DNA of 64,000 nucleotides from an uncultured bacterium (GTDB lineage Bacteria; Bacteroidota; Rhodothermia; Balneolales; DATFMH01): NCBI GenBank assembly GCA_963787205.1, contig CAWBCD010000021.1, positions 92,714 to 156,713 of the forward strand, read 5' to 3'. Shown piece by piece: positions 58,223 to 64,000 of this stretch (position 1 is its first letter; each line of letters starts with the position of its first letter). The notes under the pieces were generated by a model. It saw only the letters and a program-made list of their open reading frames with translations, ran no database searches and was not told where the DNA came from. The position numbers and the translations under genes were made by a program.

Positions 58223-58837
58223 TCAAAACCGGAGGGTTATACCTGCTGTGATTGGGAATGAGGTAACGGTACCAAAGCTCCTGCCCCCGGGAATACCCGC
58301 AAAATATTGGGTACTGCTGTGGGTCGCGAACATGGTATAGGCCATGCCCGATACGAACAGATCCACTTGTTTGTTTACATCATAACCGATCTTGGCACCA
58401 TAATTAATGGTGAAATAGGTCTGGGTAAAACTTCCCTTTGTAGAATAGCTGTCTGTATTGATTGTGGTAGCTCCTGCTCCGGCATTTAAGATTAACGACC
58501 AGGGAGTAACCTCCGGATTGGTCCATGACCAGCCTAACCCAGCAGTATAATGCCAAAGTTGCATATTCGGTGCACTACCTTTTCCTCCAAGCAGTTCGAC
58601 TTCTCCGTCAACACGGGCTTCAAAATACGGGGAAACGAAATAAGAGGCTTTGAGTCCCAAATCAAGACCTGCGTTTTCCACATCCGACAAAGCGGCGGAT
58701 GGTACACTCACACCAATCCGGCCCTCCAGGTTCCACGGATTATTTTGGGCATAGACCATGTTCACTGAAAAAAAGGCCAGCACCAGCATAATTGATAAGG
58801 TTGGTATCGTCCGTTTATTTGGTTTTGTAGTCATCAT
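58223..58837 (-). CDS. Small outer-membrane beta-barrel protein
   Basis: 204 aa with a signal peptide (...SVNMVYAQ), 8-strand-like alternating pattern and a terminal F. Confidence 0.65.
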   Translation of the reverse strand: MMTTKPNKRTIPTLSIMLVLAFFSVNMVYAQNNPWNLEGRIGVSVPSAALSDVENAGLDLGLKASYFVSPYFEARVDGEVELLGGKGSAPNMQLWHYTAGLGWSWTNPEVTPWSLILNAGAGATTINTDSYSTKGSFTQTYFTINYGAKIGYDVNKQVDLFVSGMAYTMFATHSSTQYFAGIPGGRSFGTVTSFPITAGITLRF

Positions 58838-58868
58838 AAGACTTCTCCATTTTATACGTTTATATTAA

Positions 58869-58888
58869 ATAAGTAATCATTTACTTAC
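58869..58888. promoter_or_regulatory. Palindromic box copy 2 (aTAAGTAA-TCAT-TTACTTAC), about 31 nt upstream of the beta-barrel gene start
   Basis: Identical 19-nt core. It overlaps the last codons of the 113-aa ORF. Confidence 0.6.
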
Positions 58889-59218
58889 TTTTTGGGTTAA
58901 ATTTTTTATTCTGGTAACAATTTCAAGTTTCAACGAATACATTCTCTTACAAAAATCAGTAACATTCAATTTCCCTGTATTCCATATCAGTTCCATATTG
59001 GCTGTAATTGGAACTCCCAGGGAAAGCATGGCCACCGCGTCTATGATCCCTTTGACGACATCGCACCGGGAAGTAAGATGCTGGGGAACAACTCCTTCTG
59101 ACTGACCATCTTTCCAAGCCAGATTCAGCATGGAAAAATCGTGGTCCACCTCGGAGATAATCTCCGAAACAGACTGTTTGATTTGTTCCTGACAAATTAT
59201 AGTTGAATCTCGATTCAT
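58877..59218 (-). CDS. Hypothetical 113-aa helical protein
   Basis: ORF flanked on both sides by palindromic boxes. No recognised motif. Confidence 0.45.
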   Translation of the reverse strand: MNRDSTIICQEQIKQSVSEIISEVDHDFSMLNLAWKDGQSEGVVPQHLTSRCDVVKGIIDAVAMLSLGVPITANMELIWNTGKLNVTDFCKRMYSLKLEIVTRIKNLTQKVSK

Positions 59219-59228
59219 GGCGATTTAT

Positions 59229-59248
59229 GTAAGTAATCATTTACTTAC
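59229..59248. promoter_or_regulatory. Palindromic box copy 3 (GTAAGTAA-TCAT-TTACTTAC, perfect 8-4-8), 10 nt upstream of the 113-aa ORF start
   Basis: Identical 19-nt core with perfect arms. Confidence 0.6.
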
Positions 59249-59307
59249 AATATAAGCAATCAAGTCGCATTTGTATGGCAATTTTTTCTTCAATTTTTAC
59301 CCTTTTT

Positions 59308-59898
59308 CTAACCAGGAAATAATTTAGTTTCCCAAAAATACATTCGTGCCTCAAGACTTTTGGGGTATCTTTGCTGAATTTCTTTCATCGTCTTTCGGAA
59401 AGCCGGGTTGTTTTTTGTCTTAATGTATTGGGCTATTCCTCTTTGAACCAGCAACCGGGACAGCAGCGAATCCGCCGCGGCGAGCTGTTCGATGTCTTTA
59501 TCGATAATCTTAATTATCTCATCATATCTTCCCCGAGGCATCAGTATTTCGGATAATCCCAATCTAAAAATAATTCGTAAATCATCCGGAGGAAGGTAAC
59601 TGTTAAAATGATAATACGGCTTTCCGTTATGATCTAAAAAGTAAAAAGAAGGTGTCCAATAGGCAGCAAGTTCTTTTCTGATTTTTCTATCTTTGATCAA
59701 ATCAAGTTTTAGCAGAACGAACCACTCGTTCATTTCACTTTGCACTTTAGGATCAGGATAGGTGTGGTCATAAAGTTTCCTGCACCCGCCGCATCCTTCC
59801 ATTTCAAACTGTAGAAGAATTGGTTTATGGGATTTCGTCGATTCTTCTTTTGCCTGTTCAAAATTTGTCAGCCACATATATTTTCCTTTCATTTCCAT
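59308..59898 (-). CDS. Thioredoxin-fold protein with CGGC motif and helical C-terminal extension
   Basis: 196 aa. KPILLQFEMEGCGGCRKL is thioredoxin-like. It starts 24 nt after the RND permease stop. Confidence 0.65.
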   Translation of the reverse strand: MEMKGKYMWLTNFEQAKEESTKSHKPILLQFEMEGCGGCRKLYDHTYPDPKVQSEMNEWFVLLKLDLIKDRKIRKELAAYWTPSFYFLDHNGKPYYHFNSYLPPDDLRIIFRLGLSEILMPRGRYDEIIKIIDKDIEQLAAADSLLSRLLVQRGIAQYIKTKNNPAFRKTMKEIQQRYPKSLEARMYFWETKLFPG

Positions 59899-59922
59899 TT
59901 AAGATTTGACAGGTGCGTTATT

Positions 59923-62900
59923 CTACTTCCTGGCCGGTTTCCTTGCCAAACGGTTTCTATGTCCCATTTCAAGCATTAAATGAAAGACCGGGACAGCCAG
60001 CAAGGTCAGGAATGTTCCGGTAATCAATCCGCCGATAGCTACTACGGCAAGCGGTGATAAGCGTTCAATGCCCACGGCCCACTCGAGGGCTATAGGAATC
60101 ATACCAACCGCGGCCGCGCCGGCCGTCATGAGTATGGGTCTGGTTCTGAGCTGAACAGCTTCGAGTATGGCTTCTCTTGGTGATTTACCTTCCGCCATGG
60201 CTACTTTTGCGAAGTCGACCAGCAGGATTCCGTTCTTTACAATGATGCCCATCAGCAATATCAGTCCCATGAATGAGGGCAGGCAGCCATGTTTATCTGC
60301 TATGAGCATGGCCCATGAAGCCCCAATAAGCGCCAGCGGCAAACTGGCCATTATGGCCACCGGATCACGGAACGATTTGAATACAATGACCAACATCAGG
60401 TAAAGTAGTGCTACACCTATGGCAAAGGATTTTAACAGGCGTGCAAAGGATAGATTCAGTTGTTTGTATTCTCCCTGGTAGGACAGGGTATAACCCCGCG
60501 GCATCGATAATCCCGCCAGTGCGGCTTCCACATTGCTGTGTAATTGCGTTATGGAAATACTGCCACGATAACCAAGTACATCAACGGTAGGCACGAGGGC
60601 CTCATGTGTTTCGGCAGTCGGTTCATATACTACTCCGGGTGTTGCAAAAGACGACAATGGAATAAGTGTACCGTTCATCGTTCTGATCGGAATGGCAGAG
60701 AGTTCCTCTGCATTCGATCGTTGATTCGGTTCAAGACGGACCCATACAGGTATCGGAATTTCACCGGACACCCGGAGTCTGCCACCCGGTGTTCCTCCGA
60801 CCGCCTGTGCCACTTGTCCGGCTATATCCTGTGGTGTAAGTCCATACAGACGGGCTTTGGCTTCATCGATGTGCAGATTTATCCGTTTTGATTTTCCCTG
60901 CCATGATCGCTCGATTCCGGTTAATCCGCGAACATTTACAAGTCTCATCATAACAGAATCGGCTAATTGGTCCAGTTCTCCGGGATCGTTGCCACTAATC
61001 ATAATATCCACCGTACCACGAATGGAGGAGAGTGGGGTGGCTCCGAATTCGGTAACATTAGCCGAAATCAAACCAGGAATATGCCGAATCTTTTGCCTGA
61101 CGGAATCTTCAATTTGATAAATAGTCCGGTCCCGGTGGAAACGGTCTATAATATTTACGGTAATCTGACCATGTTGTAACACACGGGCAGCGCCAAAGGA
61201 TTTAACGCCTGCTTCTGCACCATCGACGGAGGACATAGATAAAAGCCATTCCGGTTTGAGGGAACCTTTAATTGACTGCTCAATTTGCCCGGCTATTTTT
61301 TCAACACCGGGGGCATCCATATCGGGTTGTGTTTCGTAGTTGACAATAAAGATGCCGCTGTCCATACGCGGCATCAATTCCCGGCCAACTATCTTCATCA
61401 GGCCCAGAGATACCAGGAACAGAATAGCAAAGGATGACAGTACCAATCCACGATGTTCCAGTCCCCAGCCAACAACCCGGGCGTAGAACCTCTTCAGGGG
61501 ATTCAGCACATATACTTCAAACGGATGAAGTATCAGGTAAAGAGGATCACGTCTGCCCGGTCTGAGCAGGTAGGGTACAAGCAATGGAATAATAGTAACG
61601 GATACGATAAGGGAAGACAGTAACGCTATGGACAGGGTGACGGCCAGTGGTCGTAATACCGTCTGTACATAGCCCCCGATAAACATGATCGGCAGCAAAA
61701 CGATGACAACACTCACTGTGCCGGATGCAGCCGCAAGAAAAATTTCCTGGGTCCCTTTGGCAGCCGTTTTTATGCTGCTGTTGCCGCTGACTCGTATCGT
61801 TCGTTCAATATTCTCAATTACGACGATAGCATCATCCGCAAGGAGTCCAACGGCGATGATAATGGCCGTGAGTGTAACCATATTAAACTCATAGCCTAAG
61901 GCTTTAAGCACAGCAAAAGTAAGCAAATAGGTGAAAGGCAGTGATAAGGCCGTAATAAACGATGCCCTGGTATCTCCGAGAAAAAGAAGAATCACGATAA
62001 TGGTCATGATTACGGCATCCCGGAGAGCCCCAAGCATATTATCGACGGTAAGATCGATCAGTCGTCCCTGGGTATCCGCTACCTCGATATGCAGCATGGG
62101 AAACTGTTGTTCTATCCTGGGCAGTTCCTTTGATATCTCGGAGATAACTTCACGTGCATGTCCCTTATCGCCCCGCAAGAGCGATATCGCAATGGCAGAT
62201 TTTCCATTACCACGATAAAGGGAAGTGATATCTGCTTTTCCCCAATGCACTTTCCCGAGATCTCCGATCTGTACATAATTTCCTTTTTGAAGCGGCACAA
62301 GGATCTGTGAGATATCGTCCGGGTCTTTCGCCAATACCTGTGTATTCAATAAATAACGGTTGCCATGTTGATAGATCAGCCCGGACGGAGTTGAAATATT
62401 AGATTTGGCCAGTGCAGCGGCTACCTGAGCAATGGTTAAGTGATAGGATTCGAGCTTATTTCTGTCCAGGTCGACAGCCACCTGGCGTTGTTGGCTGCCA
62501 AATACTTCCGCCTCGGCCACCCCGGGTATATTCAGCAACGCATCCCTTAACTGGTTCTCGGCCAGACGCCGTACCCTGGGTAAACTTAAACCGTAATCTT
62601 TTGCTGCTGTAACCGACAGTATCTCCAATGGTCTGGCAGCATCGGTAATTTTAAAGATTAACGGTTCCTTGATTCCCTGTGGTAATAAACTGCGTACACG
62701 GGGAAGTTCGGTGGTAACTTTTGTTGCGGCTTCATCAATATTATTCCCATAATTGAATTCAACCTGAACAGCGGAAACCTGGTCCCGGGAAGTGGAAGTT
62801 ACCCTTCTTACCCCGTCGATTGCACTCATGCGCACTTCAATGGGATGGGTGACATCGGTGGCAACATCATTGGCCGCTGCTCCGGGCCACTGAGTGACCA

Positions 62901-63039
62901 CGGCCACCACGGGCCGGTTCGTATCCGGAAACAGGTTCATCGGCAATGTCATATATGCGATAATGCCTGCCAGTACCGTGACCAATGTGACGGCTATGAT
63001 AGCGTGAGGCTTACGCAGCATTCGTTCGAAAAAGTTCAT
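59923..63039 (-). CDS. RND-superfamily efflux permease (AcrB/CzcA-like)
   Basis: 1038 aa with 12 TM helices, two large periplasmic loops and a typical N-terminus (RKPHAIIAVTLVTVLAGIIAY). Confidence 0.9.
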   Translation of the reverse strand: MNFFERMLRKPHAIIAVTLVTVLAGIIAYMTLPMNLFPDTNRPVVAVVTQWPGAAANDVATDVTHPIEVRMSAIDGVRRVTSTSRDQVSAVQVEFNYGNNIDEAATKVTTELPRVRSLLPQGIKEPLIFKITDAARPLEILSVTAAKDYGLSLPRVRRLAENQLRDALLNIPGVAEAEVFGSQQRQVAVDLDRNKLESYHLTIAQVAAALAKSNISTPSGLIYQHGNRYLLNTQVLAKDPDDISQILVPLQKGNYVQIGDLGKVHWGKADITSLYRGNGKSAIAISLLRGDKGHAREVISEISKELPRIEQQFPMLHIEVADTQGRLIDLTVDNMLGALRDAVIMTIIVILLFLGDTRASFITALSLPFTYLLTFAVLKALGYEFNMVTLTAIIIAVGLLADDAIVVIENIERTIRVSGNSSIKTAAKGTQEIFLAAASGTVSVVIVLLPIMFIGGYVQTVLRPLAVTLSIALLSSLIVSVTIIPLLVPYLLRPGRRDPLYLILHPFEVYVLNPLKRFYARVVGWGLEHRGLVLSSFAILFLVSLGLMKIVGRELMPRMDSGIFIVNYETQPDMDAPGVEKIAGQIEQSIKGSLKPEWLLSMSSVDGAEAGVKSFGAARVLQHGQITVNIIDRFHRDRTIYQIEDSVRQKIRHIPGLISANVTEFGATPLSSIRGTVDIMISGNDPGELDQLADSVMMRLVNVRGLTGIERSWQGKSKRINLHIDEAKARLYGLTPQDIAGQVAQAVGGTPGGRLRVSGEIPIPVWVRLEPNQRSNAEELSAIPIRTMNGTLIPLSSFATPGVVYEPTAETHEALVPTVDVLGYRGSISITQLHSNVEAALAGLSMPRGYTLSYQGEYKQLNLSFARLLKSFAIGVALLYLMLVIVFKSFRDPVAIMASLPLALIGASWAMLIADKHGCLPSFMGLILLMGIIVKNGILLVDFAKVAMAEGKSPREAILEAVQLRTRPILMTAGAAAVGMIPIALEWAVGIERLSPLAVVAIGGLITGTFLTLLAVPVFHLMLEMGHRNRLARKPARK

Positions 63040-64000
63040 AACGTACCCCGCTGTTTAACGATGACCGGGTCGCCATCCTTTAGCGACAAGAGAACACTTT
63101 CCTGGGCCACAATGACTTGGTCGCCGGGGTGGATATCACCACGGACCGCTACGCCATGCTGACCCGAAAGCAGAATCGTGACTGCCACTTTTTGAATTAC
63201 GTTTCCATCTTGCTTATGAAGTACTTTAAACAGGTAACTATTCTTACCGGAATCATTAATGATAAGGGCGCCGGAAGGTACCTTGATTCCTGTTTGATCA
63301 CTTTCAAGAACGATGCGTCCTGGAAGACGCGCGCCATTGGCCACGTTAAATGGAGGCTGCTGTAAATCCGCATCGGCGGCGGCCAGATCAAACGCGTTTA
63401 CCAGCGGATAGATCCGGTCCAGCCTTACTTCTGTGGTATCACTATTATAGAATAGCTGAAGAACCGTTTCCTTTTTTACATTATGCAACAGATCCTGGGG
63501 AAACTCGACGTGAATCCTGACTCCTCCATCAGAGGTGATCCTGTATACCGGCTGGCCGGGCATAATCACATCGCCGGGCTCGTGCAGCCGTGCAGCAATA
63601 ACCCCGTTAACGGGCGAGGTGATCCGGCCATAATCCTCTTTTACCGTTAAGGCCTGGATTTGATGCTCCAGGGATTTCACCTGGTTATCCGCGGCAATGG
63701 CGGCAGTATGCCAGGCATCCAGTGCCGACTGGCTGCTACCGCCGGCCTCCATGAGTTTTTGCTCACGACGGTATTCTTCATTCTTCCGGATTTTATCGGC
63801 TTTGGTTGCCACCAGCCGGGCCTGCAACCCGGAGATTTCATCCTGAATGGTCCGGGTGTCTATTTGGGCAAGGAAGGAACCTCGTTTTACGGCTATTCCT
63901 TCCCGCGGTCCCATTTTAGTAAGCGTTCCGCCAATTTGTGCCGTCAGTGTCACATCATCCTGATGCAGCAAAGTTGCAAGCACCGGGTAACCCCTGGTGA
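63036..64000 (-). CDS. RND periplasmic adaptor (membrane fusion) protein, N-terminus outside window
   Basis: The frame stays open upstream of the annotated GTG to the window end (..TRGYPVLATLLHQDD..). It has lipoyl, coiled-coil and beta-barrel segments, and a 4-nt overlap with the RND permease start. Confidence 0.8.
   Translation of the reverse strand, partial: TRGYPVLATLLHQDDVTLTAQIGGTLTKMGPREGIAVKRGSFLAQIDTRTIQDEISGLQARLVATKADKIRKNEEYRREQKLMEAGGSSQSALDAWHTAAIAADNQVKSLEHQIQALTVKEDYGRITSPVNGVIAARLHEPGDVIMPGQPVYRITSDGGVRIHVEFPQDLLHNVKKETVLQLFYNSDTTEVRLDRIYPLVNAFDLAAADADLQQPPFNVANGARLPGRIVLESDQTGIKVPSGALIINDSGKNSYLFKVLHKQDGNVIQKVAVTILLSGQHGVAVRGDIHPGDQVIVAQESVLLSLKDGDPVIVKQRGTL

Noticed and set aside
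1-64000. Search for CRISPR arrays, rRNA and tRNA genes.
   Set aside because: No run of regularly spaced direct repeats was seen. No rRNA-like conserved blocks were seen. The only GGTTCGAAT-like string (minus strand, about 42660-42680) lacks a complementary T-stem and any acceptor or anticodon arms.

Overview
A 64-kb chromosomal segment, probably from an FCB-group bacterium (Bacteroidota/Ignavibacteriota-like). This is suggested by a SusC/SusD pair under ECF-sigma/anti-sigma control, although Shine-Dalgarno sites are visible. I call about 55 protein-coding genes and found no rRNA, tRNA or CRISPR array. All functions come from motifs recognised by eye, with no database search. Gene content in order:
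- A Tat-exported Psr/Phs-like molybdopterin reductase operon (A, B and a partial C subunit), with divergent MarR and DsrE-like genes.
- Housekeeping and accessory genes: APC permease, signal-peptide SAM methyltransferase, dual-specificity phosphatase, YcaQ/AlkZ-like glycosylase, BLUF photoreceptor, and a P1B ATPase with a TPC motif.
- A ~1-kb AT-rich gap, followed by a sigma/anti-sigma/SusC/SusD/EEP/GH polysaccharide utilisation locus.
- An orphan 700-aa protein with an internal domain duplication.
- GH92 mannosidase, MacAB-like ABC exporter, and a Tat flavin amine-oxidase plus c-type cytochrome pair.
- Trehalase, then a stretch of decayed genes.
- A DnaQ-exonuclease/BRCT two-gene cassette that looks AT-richer than its neighbours by eye.
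- A minus-strand cluster (RND pump, thioredoxin-like protein, small proteins, beta-barrels, FmdE-TauE-porin-FmdE) punctuated by three copies of an identical palindromic box.

Most interesting non-gene signals:
- The triple palindrome, a candidate regulon operator.
- A REP-like palindrome family clustered around a dead Y1 (HUH) transposase gene.
- A hairpin with compensatory changes, shared between that pseudogene and a second, more degraded copy beside the exonuclease cassette.
- Several single-base frameshifts, which are either real decay or assembly indels.
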